Positions 37,701-52,100 of a DNA stretch of 64,000 nt are shown piece after piece. Where the stretch lies: positions 314,500-378,499 of the forward strand of contig NW_002060972.1 in the NCBI RefSeq assembly GCF_000150275.1, written 5' to 3'. The notes below the pieces were generated by a model. That model saw only the letters and a list, made by a program, of their open reading frames with translations. It did no database searches and was not told the DNA's origin. This DNA is from Trichoplax adhaerens. Lineage: Eukaryota; Animalia; Placozoa. Made by a program: the position numbers and the translations under genes. Each line of letters opens with the position of its first letter. The first letter of the stretch is position 1.

Positions 37701-40700
37701 GAAATAGCTTTATCATGGATTCTGTTATCCTAGATAATCAATTTTATAGTGTAAAATACTGTACAATATAGGGGCAACGATATCTACAGATTTTAGCAGT
37801 TACTGGTAGATATGAGCAAAAAGATATTTGTATAAATTTATCCCAGTAACTTAATTCTCTATCTAATTAGTTTAAGGTTGAATATGAGAATAGTTTTAAA
37901 TAAAGAAGAAATCTATGACACCGTACTCAATCAGATAGAGGAGGACACATTGGAGGTGTTGTTCAATTGATTTCGTCAATGTATTTTACTGTATTTGGCC
38001 AACAGTATTTATTATTATGTTATCTCGAAACAGAATATTCAGCGATGGTGGTTGTATCAAAGAAGGAAACTTTGACTAAGAATAATAGATATATTGACAC
38101 TAGATACGATCAGACATTTAAATTGCTTTTATTTCTGCACGATTTGTTTCTAATTGGATCGAATGGGATTTCTATTGATTTAGCTAATTTAATTATCGGT
38201 AGCGTATATTGAATTTGGCCTATTTTATAAACAGTATTTTCAAAAACTCTAAATAAAGCAATTACGTCACAGTATTTTAAAAGCTTTTTGCTATTTCTTC
38301 CTTAATACTCGTATATATGGTATGACATACTGTATATATATTTGTATATAAAATTTTATCTTCTTATATACAATTATGTAGCATTGTAAGACTGGAGTTA
38401 AAATAGATTTTAATACTTTGTAGGTAGCTTATAATTCAACGATTTAATTATTTCAATATTGATGGAAATCGGTCGCCTGCTAGTTGAATATTTTATATGA
38501 TACATCATAGTAGCAAAGAATCCTTAATTAGCTCATTTATAGTTACAGTGAAATTGTTACCGATATAATTCACTTCTTGTTGCTATTATTGTTCAACTGT
38601 GAAGCCGATGCCATTCTGGGGCTTTTCTTTTAATTTCATTCATGAAAACTTAAATGTTAATAAAATTGACATTGCACACGGTAATTTACAGGCAAATAAG
38701 AATCGATCAATATTTGCTTAGTTTACCATCTCGAATGACAGAAACGTTATAGTAAGACACTAACTATATAATTTAAAGTTTACTTTCCTCAGATTGCCAA
38801 TACTATTTAGAAAAAAATTGTAACTTTCCATCTAGAAAAAGTGAAATTGATTCCTCTTGTAGAAGATGTCTACCCTATTTTATCACATCTTATTCATGTA
38901 ATTCTTTACCAACCTGTCTTATTTGTATCCTTAACCACCCTCAAAATTAATCTACTATAATTTAATATAGTAAAATATCCGTATTACTGTACTCATAGTC
39001 CTGTGTAAATTTTTCAAGTGCTACATCCTTATTGTAAAGCATTTTTTATTCCGGTAACGAGTGAATGATCAATCTCTCATTATAGGCCATATTCATGGCG
39101 GTCTAGAAATTTCCTATATCTTTTAGCAGGTTTCAGCTAATTACAGGTTTTACTAACAAGCTGATAGTTATGACCAACAAAAATTTATTTTAATATTTTG
39201 TAGAAAAACAACGGTAACACTTAGGATCCAGAGTAGACTTGAAGGATCCTTACTTGTATTACAAAGGACATTTCCATTTTAAATTAAAAAAACTCAGAAC
39301 GATGGTTAACATACAGTCTTACAGAGAGCTATCGACATTAATTATAGAATATCATAGGAATGCCTGATATTGAGTAATAGAAAACTTTGGTAGGGAATAT
39401 ATTCTAATCATCTTCAGTGAATGGTGGCATCAAGCTGCAAAGGCCGTTTAAGTTTCCATCGTGTATAAATCGCTTATGTCACACCGCCAATACTTTTTCT
39501 TATCAGTCGTGCCTTCGGGTTATCCCAAATTAGTCCAGAACTCTATTTAAGATTAATCTAGCGTTATGACTACATAGTGTTTTGAATTTTCTGCTACCCT
39601 TATTACTGAAGTATTGCGTTAAGACGCTTATTTCCTGAAAATTTGAACTCTTAGGCCCAGAGTTTACTAGAACTGCGGATGTTATACTTGTGCACTCATT
39701 TATTATTCTAAGTGCAAGAGATTATGAATATAGCTTGATAAACAACTTTTTCTCTCATCTTCTGGGAATTTCTTGACTCTTTTCAAGTGAGCCAGAACTG
39801 CACGTACTATTCTGACATTAGAGGCGTCTCCCAAATTCTTTACGGTTTGGAGCATTCTCGGCTTGCTTTGTTTTTATTAATCTCCTAAACGATTATTTAT
39901 TTATAACTAGTTCTATGAACATGTACAGTCATAAAAAAAAATAGTAAAATACAATACAACGGCAAATTCAGCTGTCAGCCGGCATCCGGTATCAGAATCG
40001 CCATGTAAACTATTATAAATTACTCAAAATCTAGGTGATTATAAATTCATGTTCTTCCATGTCATTCTAACCCTCTCTGTACACAAAACGTGCATTATTA
40101 ATACCTTATTTTTATTTTATAGGAAAATATGTGGTAAGACGATTGCATCGGTGAAAATTTTCTCCAGCACTTTTACAGATTATTTCAGTACATTAGCGAT
40201 CTGAGAATCTAAAGAAATTAATGTTAGCAGGAGTAAAATATTTCTAATTTGATTTCCAGGAAACATAGTCTACGGCGACCTTATTACCGTAATTCTTTCC
40301 AGTTTGCTATAGCCTAAAGTATTGGCTCGAAAAATGCATAAATATACTTCATTAGTATGTGCATCATTAAAATTTTCATATTGATTTTATAGAAAAAATT
40401 AGGCTATAGCAATTATGTTGTGTCTAGCACGTTATCGACCAGTTCCTATCTGAGACTGCATGAAGATAAATTGGTATAATTAATTCAGTGATTGACAGCA
40501 TTACATGTAGTCGAATATCATGGCTATTTGATTCTAAAATTAAATTAACAAAAAGTCTATTTTACCTCCTCGATGCTACCATCAATTGTAAAATTTTTCT
40601 TATAGAATTTTAAAGGAAAACGTATAAGCAATGGTGATTACACCTTCATAATTTTGCCAAGCTCTTTATCCGCTATTCCTGATTTAAGACTACAAAGAAA

Positions 40701-43549
40701 GATATCATAAGAAGGTAAACTGGTTTGGATTAAAATTGGTGTTGGTTCTTACTTGCGATACTCTTGATAAGATGCACTAACGCTAATGTGATCTTTCTCG
40801 CTGGATTTACTAGAAAATAAGGACTAGGATGAATGAATGATGATCATTTCGGTTAGCACTTTCGTTCCAGTAAAAACTCTACATGTATTATTGGATTTTG
40901 CTGGATAACCTAAGCTACAGCTATTACCATTACTATGATTTCCTTCTTAGTTCTTTAACCATAAAACTCATACTAGACTCGTTGATTAGTAAAATGGTTG
41001 TCGATTACATTTAGAATTTACAAAATACCGCACTAGTTTTCGTGTAAAGGCGCTAGGGAATTTTTAAAAGCTCTTGTTAGGCGTCAAAGTTAGAGGAATG
41101 CTCGAAGATCATATCGTGCTTTACATACTCTAATTACTATTCATTTCGTGTTAGCTGCTTGCTCTAATATACCTTAAAGTGTAGCTTGAACTATTTATAT
41201 TTCAATCTAAGAAAAAGGCTAAGACCACTTATGTTCGTTATGTTAGCGCTCCATTCCATGTTTGTTTCATACTGTGGTAGTTCGGGAAGAAAAATTATAA
41301 CGCCTAGATAGCAGGGCAATTTATACAGTAAAAAGATAAGAGCTTTACTTTTTCCATTTCTGTCGTATAGGTGGATTGGGAGCAGTTCCATGTTACTTGA
41401 GTTCATACATCATCTTTCTAGGCTATGTACAGTATATTACTTACTTTCGAAGCCGACGTTAATCTCTAGTATATGATACAGTATAGAGGATACATAAGGG
41501 TAAGGTAAGCAAAAATTGCCATCATCTCCGCTAGTTCGTTCTATGCAAATTACTAGTGAGGGTACATAGAAAGCAGCATCCATGAATAAGCAAGATTTAG
41601 ATTTAAAGCTAATAAAACTCTTCCTGCTTGATTTATACAGTCAATAATTTTGACCTATTGCCATCATTGAGCATAAATGACAGCTTTTGTAGTGTGCTTT
41701 CTCTACTCTAATTCAGACAACAGAAATATTACATCTACGAGGCCTTACAACCACTACCGTACAAAGTATTGGATTTATACATGTAAAGTCCATGACAAAA
41801 TACATGTATGCCTCCAATGTTCTAGTCTGTCGACAGAACTTATGGAGCCTTACAGCTAAGTTATACGGCTAGCTGTAAACTGTGGATTAACTATTCCGTC
41901 ATCGGCCTTATGTGAACGTTCATTTCTAGCGCAACAATATGTGAAAATCTTTTCCTCTACGGGTATGAATAATAAATAAGTCCACCATTACGATTGATTG
42001 TTGGGCTTGTTATTGCCATGACATTGTCTAAACAGGATATGCGAATACAATGTCAGTCGAATCAACTTGTAGATGAGAGAAGGAATCTTGACGTTGGCAA
42101 TACAGTAAGACAAGAAATCATTGATCAAGATTGATTGACATACTGCAAATTAATTACTTATTGTCCTTGATTGGTTTGTAAATTATTGTTATCGAAATCG
42201 ATTGTCTATCAAAAAACAACATCGTTGATTCAATGTTGAGAGTAAACATTATTCAACAGAGTTTTGTTTCTAGTCAGCACGCGTGCCTTTAAAATTCAAA
42301 GAGAACCTAGTGGGTATTTGCTGTTCGCAATAAGTGCCTTCAATTGTCCTTGTCGCCAAGATCGGCAAGAGCTATTTGATTCGGCCTAAAATGTTGTATC
42401 GGTGGAATCAAATTAATGAATTGATTATTGTGGGTACCGACAGAGAAAACTGTCCATACTCGTGTCTATACTCACTTCAAGTGATTCTTAATTGGACTCA
42501 TACTGTTTAGATTTCACAATTAGTATCCGTTTCGTAATGCAGTCCCAAACCTTGCTAAGACTAAGAGTTTAAAATTGTCGGAGAAGAAACCTAATTGAGC
42601 TTTATAATCGAATATCCGTCAAATTATTCTCGTATAATTTTATAATCCTAATCTTAGCTAGGTTTGGGGCTATATTACCCATGTGTACAGTACAAACTCG
42701 TATATTATTGTTAAAATTGTTATAGGTATAACTGTTCTCTATCAGCTCGTATTTAGTAGTGCTTTCAAGAATCAAGGTATCAAGGCATCAATCATATCAT
42801 GCTTTGCCCATTCGCAGTAAGATGATATTTTTACCGGTGGATTTATGAGCGCACCTAAGGTGTACAGCGACGATCTTTAGCTCACTTTCTTAATTACTTT
42901 TGGCATCCAAGTTGAGACGAAGAGGATTTGAATATGCCATTTGGTTAAAAGAGACAATCAGCAAAGGGGTGGGGTAAAAGCGTCAAGTTGAATCATTTAT
43001 AACTAGAATAATTGTAGCATTTATCATTTACCATCACGACATTAGGTTAAATTACGTTAATTAAATCAAGTCAAATACAGTACTGTCTTGTGTATCCTAC
43101 TGTTTACGTCGGCAGCCAAAATAGCCGATTACATAACCGATGGAAGTATAATCATTATTATTCAAGGAGACAATGCCACAGGCTAGTCTGGATCCGTTTA
43201 ATCAACTCCCCTTTAAATAGATTGTCAATTTGTCGACGAGTCTGCAATGTGCTGTACATTAAGCCATATTCAAAGAAACAGTTTGATACTTGTTTAATTT
43301 CATCAGCATAATGATTCTGAAACGACTATCATACCCGCATACAACAGTGAGTGCAACTGCAATGGTATATTAATTGTCCAACTGCTGCCACTTGTGCGCT
43401 TTTATTTGAGGACGTCATTACTTTCGCATATTAAAACCGTTGATTAAAATCGATTACTCTTTCAGAATCTATAAATTATCTGTAACAACAGCAACAAGGA
43501 TAAAAAAAAAAATTGAATTATTGCCCTTTACTACTGCCTAGTCTACGTT

Positions 43550-43797
43550 ACGATTGGATCGATACTCTAGGAACGAAGTCTTGACTGATCGTTTATTCGG
43601 CTAGCCCAATCCGATTGTGTGGGACGGTCCAATTTTTCAAATTATTTACTGGCTCATTGATATTTCGTCAACATCTTGGTTATAATTAATTCAGTCAATT
43701 TCAACTCAGACAGATTCAGCTTTGCTTGTTTCGTGAACTTATCTGGTGTTGACTGTTGGATTTTAGCGCATTTGGGTGTTTATGAGTCAAGGTAAGT
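43550..43797 (+). promoter_or_regulatory. Candidate distal glypican promoter and leader exon (about 43692-43791)
   Basis: CCAAT boxes (43553 reverse, 43606, 43629), Inr-like TCAGTC at 43691, perfect donor AAG|GTAAGT at 43792; pyrimidine tract plus CAG acceptor at 46044 ahead of the glypican ATG. Confidence 0.45.
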
Positions 43798-46165
43798 TCG
43801 TTATTTATTTAACCATCTACGTTGATGAGGATAAAATTTTAAAATTTTCTGACTAAATCCCCGGTTTATCAAGCCTACATCCTCAGTAATAGGCAACTGA
43901 TCAACTTCATACCATCACCGGCCGTACTGATTACTACTGAACCGGTTAATCTACAATTGATAAAAAAAAAAAAAACAAGGTACTGGACATCTAGTTCGCT
44001 ATAGAAAATATTGCAGTTACAGTAAATTGTGCCAGGATAAGATGATTTAGAAACGATTCAGCCAGCCATTGACCATTATTATTGGCGAAGCCGTGGCTGG
44101 TGATACTTTGCGTGCTGTACTTGTACTTTTTACTAGGCATTTAATAATAGATAGACGGCAAGGAAATCATTCACGAGAATGTCAATATCCGACCGACGTT
44201 AGACTCGATACTGGCCGTCGTATGTAGATTGGTATTAATATCGATGATATTGGTAGAGATTGGACTTGATTGAATTCAGTGTAGAGTTTAATTTTGGCAC
44301 GGCGATTTATCAATGACAGTCCGAGTAAGGTCTCTAGTGAATCGAAAAATGGCTGCGGGCCAAGATGTAAAAGTAGGACATCCTGTGTTCAAATGGACAA
44401 ATTGTCGTCACTACCGTATCCATGGAAAACTACAATCTAGTATGATACCGTTCGTTATAGTCAGCATGGTTTGGCCATATGCAATAGACAACTACATAAT
44501 CCGTAGCTATGCTAATTTGTTTACTATCCACGTCCAACTTAACACGCACAGTTGTACACATGTTATCCCTGAGTTTGTTTATTAGCTCTTTAGCTTAATG
44601 TCATTGATTAATGCATTAATTAATTAATTTGAGCTACAGCAGCCATTACCGACTTGGTATGTTTAGACAATCAAGGCCGGAATCCAATTTTTTACCGATA
44701 GAACGCAGGCAGTGATAAATAGTCGCCGCATGTTGTCTGCCGTGACTCCACAGCGAGAAAAGTAGAGAGATATCCACAGTCAAAATTTCATTTTTTTTTT
44801 TTTTATCTTGTCGACATTATACAGTACAGTACTGTACAATCACTGGATAATTTTTTTATAGTTCATTTGAATTCAGTGTTTACTTATAGTATTCCATATT
44901 GATTGATTTATTATACAGTCTATGACAGTGGCATCAACAGATAAAAAAACAATTTTTTGCTGTGGCCATCCAGATAAAAAAAGGTATTAAGGGGTTTATT
45001 ATCTCTCTCTCAGGCAGCATTCCATCTTGAATGTATGTTACTGGTTCGCCATGATAACCACCAGTATAATGAGAATTGGATGCCTGAAGGCTATTTACTC
45101 TGACTTTGTTTGTCCATTTCCAGTACGAATATTATATACAGCAATGCAATACCAGGCGGGCAAGAAAGTCGATCACGCAGTTTATTATACAGAGCAATTT
45201 TCCATTTTTTCCAGCTTGTATCTCCTATTTGTAGTATCTATTGACAGTGTACAGGTTATCCTACTTAGAAAGCCGAGTAAGCATGGACTCCAATTATCGT
45301 TCTTGCTTCAAAAGAAAAACCGACTTGAAGTGAACTAGCATCCTGTCGTCCATTGGGATACCTGGCCGGATGATGGAACGACTTGAGGCAGTTGGAGTCT
45401 AGTTACTAGACATGTATTATACGGAGAGGATTGGCCATTGTCATGCCTGATCTACGTCACCAATGAAAGTTGACCACTGTAGTGATTGATGTCCAACAAC
45501 AACGCACGTACAATAGGTCAAAGTACGAGATAAAAAATCAATGCTTTCAATAGATAGCAAACAATAGACGGCCGACCGCTTTTATGACTTTCTATAGCGG
45601 GTGACATTGACATGCACACGCCGTACAGTACTGTATAATGTCCAGTGTCCATTCAGTCAGCTTCACTTTCAACCTATGAGTAAATACCGTATTGCACACT
45701 AGCTCAATATTGTTATTGGCTTGTACAACACAACTTCAGATTACATTCAATCCTCTTGGACATAAGTCATTGCGATTGGCTGAAATCGCTCATTAGCTTC
45801 ATCTTACCACTGAGATTAATTGACTTTATCTAGTGGGAGTAAGATTGACTCACCCCCTACACTTCACCCTCTTTGGGTCATTTCGGTACAGTTAAATATA
45901 GAAAGGAAAAAATTGACTGCAGTAGTTGGCTTTCCTATTTCAAAGACGGCAAAATTCTTTGAAATTTTCCTTCATTTCTAATTTCTAGTTTCATTTTTTT
46001 TTCCCCCTCTTTCAATCGTCTTCTAATTATTTCATTGAATTCAGGAAGCCAAAGAAAAAGAGTGACAACTGGTGAAAAAAAATTATCTATTGCAGCCGGA
46101 CGCATTTGGATTTTGATCGAAAAAAATTGTTTTTGCCTTCTCTTTCAAATACTGACCCGTTGGCG

Positions 46166-49100
46166 ATGACGATGGTTGCTATACCTTTGGTTACGTTACC
46201 TTTGGCTTCTTTCAATAGCCGAAAGTTATGCATGGCAATAATTTTCATGGCTTTTTTACTGTCTTTGATGAAAAATACTCATGCTAATGACAAAAACCAC
46301 GACCAGACTTGCCAAGCTATTACAAGATTATTTCTCTATCAATCGGAATTTAAGGAGAATATTCCAAGCCAACCTCGAAAAGGTAAAGAGAGTCAAGCCA
46401 ATACAACCCCATTCCCACGCCATCGTACAATAAGAATAATAATCACAACGATTATTATTATTATCAATCATCCATTGCATTGACTCTGCTGTTAAAGCTA
46501 ATTTTCTCCTTCAACCAAGGAATGCGATGCAGTTTACTGTGATAGATACCATAACAAATAGATAGGATCACCATCAATTGCCCAATTGTCATCATTGCAA
46601 AATAATGAAGGTTATATGCAGCTTAGCCTATCTCGTGCCACTATGTCAATATATTGAAATCATTCCAGCAGGCCAAATACTCAAAGAAATTGCCAACACA
46701 CCGATTTGAAAAACCACCATTGGTGTACTTTACTGGAGAGATCATCTCTCCAATTTCAAATTTGACCACATTTTTTGCAACACTTTGTTAACAAGAGCTT
46801 GTCGGTTTTCAATCACAAATTCGACACGTACAGTATGCCCCTGGACCTATTCTTTGTTCGATACACGGGCCTAGTCTCTTATGCAATCCATCTGCTAGTA
46901 GATCATGTTCTCCCTTACTTTTCACCTCCATAATTTTACTATCGGATGCTAGTATTTTAATGCTACTGTAATAAGGAATAGACAAAGTTGATAATGAACA
47001 ACGATGAGACTGAAATTGTAACTAATAGTAAATATGATTAATTAATTATACAATATACTGTATCTAATAAGTACAGTACTTTTATATTACATTCGTCTAA
47101 TCTAGCCAAAAAAACCAATGTAAGTGAAAATTGATAATACTACAATACTGCCGTATGTTACTGATAGAATAACCGCCATGGACATAATATTAACTATGGT
47201 TTATCTCTAATAATCTTAGTATTTATAAGATTTCTTTAAGTACCAAAGTTTTTTAATTACTTGTCGGTCACCATAGTCAATATTACACCTTTTTACTTAT
47301 CATTATCCCTATTCCTTTGATGCAGGAAACGATTTACGAGTCTGTCCGAAAATACAAACATGCTGCACACCATCGATGGAAAACTATCTTGTTAAAATGG
47401 CAGATAAAAATTTCAAGGCTTTACTCAATACTACTTCTGATCAGTTTCCACAGCAACTTAAAAAGCAATTAGAAAATTTTATGGGTAAGTAATCATGTAA
47501 ATAGAGTGTCGATTGTTCGTCATTTATATAGAACTTTGCTCTGTAACGTGCTATGCACCGATAGAGTCGATACGGTCACGACATTGAGTAGCTACAAAAA
47601 AAATATAAATCAAGCCAGCGTTCAGTCGGTGATTGCCTATTAAACTACGGTATATTGACATGCTAAAATGAAATCAAGCGGTTTGGTATGTTGTCATTAT
47701 AATTCACTGAAAACAGGCAGGGTTAACAATTTCTAATCACGTTGATCCCGCCAATTGACTTTGCTTTTATGCTACTGTACGTAGTTTAATCAACTAGTTT
47801 AATTAACTAGATCATGATCAATTTACCGTCGCATATTATGTAAAATCTAAAGTCCTTGTAACTTTTTATCATAACGCTGATCAATTTGGTAAGATGATTT
47901 TATTTCCTCCCCTTACCATCTCTTAAAATAGAGAGGTTTAGTATTTCCATAGAAGGGTGTCATTTGTCAAAAGTCGTCATGGGTATTATGTCTCGAACGT
48001 TTATTCATGTACCAATTGAATTCATATTAAGGATTCGCTTTACGTAATACTGGATTAAATAGATGGAACTATACCTAACTTAATTTACCATTCTTACCGA
48101 ATAATTATAGCAATTTAGAAAATTCGCCATAATTTATATAATTTAGATCAATGTTGATTCTATAATTTCAATACTCCATATTGCAATGAATTGCATATTT
48201 ACGACACTAGTCATCTATCAACGTTAATTGTACAATGTATGAGTAGAAAACGACATCGCACTTTACTTTTTTCTTCCTATACAGTGACCACCTACAAAAT
48301 ATAGAATGTTTACTCTTACGATTAATGCTACGTATCCGGTGAAAATTTGAATCGAAATACTGAGATATTCTACTGCAATGATATACGAGCGCGTATATAT
48401 GGGCCTACAGTGGCAATAATTCATTTATCGTTCAAGTTTCTGTGCAAATTGAAAGTGCAATAGTCATTTCTTACTTTACAAAGTTATTTATTGTGGTGTA
48501 CGTAGAACATTGGTGGCGGATGTAATTCGAATAGACTTTTTACTCTCTAATCTTATCTACACTATGTACATGCACAGTGTAAGTAAATTGCATTTGTATC
48601 CTGAAATCATTATTAATGCTACAGTATTTTCAAATGAATATGGCGTCATATGTTATACGTATATTATACGTACTGACAAAAGAAGTTTAGCACGACTCTG
48701 AAAATTGTCGATAATTGTCGGAAGGCGCGCTGTGATGATATAAATCATCACCTTTACCGAGACAGCTGGTGATAATAGATAAAATATTTAACGGAAGCGG
48801 TAGGAATGAAGTAGTGATGCCACTGCAGCACTAATTTCTTCAATGTGAAAACTAAGTAAAAAGTAGCTTTGATTATGATATCGATACATAATGTACCATA
48901 GGGCCAAACAACAAAGATACCGTAGAAGGTAGACGTGAACAATTATCGTCTAGTCAATGACGGTAATTAATAATTAAAATTGCAATAATGCTTAGGTTTG
49001 ATGGAAACGATTTGATGTCTGTAGAAACGCCTGTTGGATTGTAAGCTAACAATCGACCTGGTGAAGTTAAAGCCAAACTTGAATCCTAGCTAGTTTTACC

Positions 49101-52100
49101 CATTTTAACCAGAGTGCTACAGTAACCTTTTTTGTCTGTTTAAAGAAATATTTATTTTATATATATTGGTCATAAAATGTAAACTTATTGTTGACAGTAC
49201 AATATTCAAACTGTACCCTAGTTACGGTAATTCAGAATTTCAAGTAGATACAGTCAATACGTATTTTAGCTATTGCCTAACTTGATTGCTTGATTTTATA
49301 CACTTGCAACGTTATGCTGATTCGCTCCAACACGTTTACGTCTGCTGAGTTGAACTACTCATGCCTTCAGACTGCACTAAATTTGTTATTACGGTATTTG
49401 TTGTTGTAATCATGTAGTATTAAACCCTTTAGGGGAGGATAACATGGGGTAATAAACTAGTCAACAGTTATTAATTTGTTTTTCTCTTCGTCGAGCTTTT
49501 TCAATATTCCTGTTGTTGTTTTAATCAAGAGTTAATGTCACTATTCTCGTCGTTTCCATTGTTTGTAAGTTATTTCAATATTTGAACTAATCAATTCACA
49601 GTAGGCCACAATAATAGAGGACAATTTACAAAAAAAGAAATCTGTCTATTACTTTCTAAATAGTGATAAAATAGCATTTATTAAACTATTTGTTAAATGC
49701 AATTGTGACATTTCATCATCTTTATAGTCATGAATTCATTCGTCTGGATATTATAGATTTAACTTCATGACCGATTTTTATTTATTTGAAAAATTTTGGC
49801 CGTTAATAAATTTTGATACCACTGCTGTATTTGGTCAAGTCAGACTACATAGTTTTGAGTACCGTTCGCATTTTAGTAATCAAGACAACCGCATGCTATT
49901 AATTCATTATTGGCAATCACAGATTTATTGCTCAGTCACCACAAACATTTCAATGACCGTAGTTTTATATTTTATTATATATTATATATGTATATATATA
50001 TTATTATATAAAATGATAGATTGCAACCGAAATTATGCCTCAGCTACAAGATCAAAATGCTAGCCTTTAAAAACAAAACAAAACGACGAAAAAAAGCGTA
50101 GCCGTTGATGTTCTGTATGTAAGGTGTCGTCAGACAATCACAATGTAAAAGAGACAATTAGTAGTTTAATTTTCGATATTGTCTGCTGTTAGTCGCGCTA
50201 AACTAAAATATTGCATTGCGAATGCAATACCAGGGGTCAAAGATGTAAATACTGCAGGCTGTTAAGGAATTTCTTTCAACGTTTAATTTTCTTTTCGGAT
50301 GCCTAAGGATATTTACTTACAAGAATAATGAACATAGTGATAATTTACGTTGTACCCATCAGCGATAAGCATGAATTACCGGTGCGATACCTAATAGCGT
50401 TTTTATCATTGTATCGTAATAGGTAAGACAAATAATATTAATTAGAACTATCACAGGGGCCACAGATTCCAGTTAATATCAAATGAATGATACAGTACGT
50501 ACATACGTGTATATTATATCAACGAAATACGTGTCTCTGTAGATAAGTTCTGCCCTACTGTCAATGAGTTCGATGTTAATAAAGACAATGTTGTTTACTC
50601 AATTTTATGTCGACAGTTATCCACTTCATACTCAAGCAAATTTTCTAACCTCTTCTGTAACGCCATATTACCAAATTTTTTTGTTTATAGTATTATTGCT
50701 TAGTAGCTTACTCAAACAGATTCTTATAGCTACGTTGATCCCTTGACTTAACTGTCAAAAAAACTCAAACACTCTACTAATGTAAACGCATGCATAGAAA
50801 CGAAAGTTACTAGCCCTTCGTGACTTTTAAGATCAATTATTATGTAATGAAAATTCTGTAAGATTACGTTTGAAAAGAAATTGACTGTATTGCCTCACAG
50901 CTAGTAGGCCAGATGTTTGTTTGGTGACGATTTGGTTTTAGTGGGATACAAGAGGTTTGCTTATTGAATTTGTGTTCAAAGTTAATATGATCATCTTGTC
51001 GCGAGTTTTACTGCAATATGACTCGAATATTATGACATGATTAATTTACAGTAGTGTAATCGGAGTCCTACCCCCTAAAAATGATTATGATTTAGATTAT
51101 TTGCATCTAATGAAAAGAGAAAAGACTGATGTAGGAATTTAGTGTCAACTTTCGAGTGATATTTTTAAAACTAAGATGATTACATATTCAGTCATTATGA
51201 ATTATCGCTTCTCGAATCACAATCATTTGGTGACTGTTAAAAATCTTGATATCAAAATATCATCATAGTTATAATCAAAGTTGATTACTCGCCCATTCTA
51301 TATAGCAAGGATGTTATTCGCAAGCTGCGGCATAAGAAGATATACTTCAAATTCGATTAGCCAGTTTATATTCATAATTTAAAAACCATTTGTTAGTAAA
51401 AAATGTAATCCATTGTTTTACAGCACTAACAACAATTTTTAATTGATCTGCCTGAGCAGTAATGAGAAACTGCGATTTGGTCTATTGGTGCTTGAATTGT
51501 TTTTTTTATTTTTGGTTTAATAGTGAGAACGACAATTGTATTAGTCAATCGTGAGAACACGTTTGTAAGCATGTACATTGATACTAGAAATGTGCTTCAA
51601 CTCTGTGCAATATTTAATCCCTTTCTGAAGTAGTAGATGGACAAGCTTGTAAATACATAAAATAGGAGCCAGAACCTAACAGAAGTGAATGCAGTTACAG
51701 ACTAAGATTTATAGAAATTTCTACTTAAAATTAACAATAGACATGTAATTTCGGGTTTGGGCGTATTACTGGGAATATAGCATTATTTCAGCAACGTTTC
51801 ATTTCTGAACTCTAGCAAACGCGTTTCCTGCTGTTACTAAATAATTTCTGCTAGTTGATTGCAAAGCAACTCATTCACGTCCATTCATAGTACTTCGCCG
51901 ATAATGATTAAAATTACAAGTAATCGCTGGTATTAAAATAGTTGGCGATGCAAGAATTAAAACCCTGAAACTAACTGAATAATACGCTTCTATCAGATGT
52001 ACACACATACAAACAAATTTCAAAGTGCAAAACAGACGGTTTATTATCTCGTAGAATTTTCTTTAATCTTTCAGATAGGTAATTACTAATGTAATACTTT

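Noticed and set aside
41191-41406. 71-aa minus-strand ORF and other short ORFs in 35-45 kb
   Set aside because: No recognisable domain or flanking splice pattern; lengths are within chance expectation.
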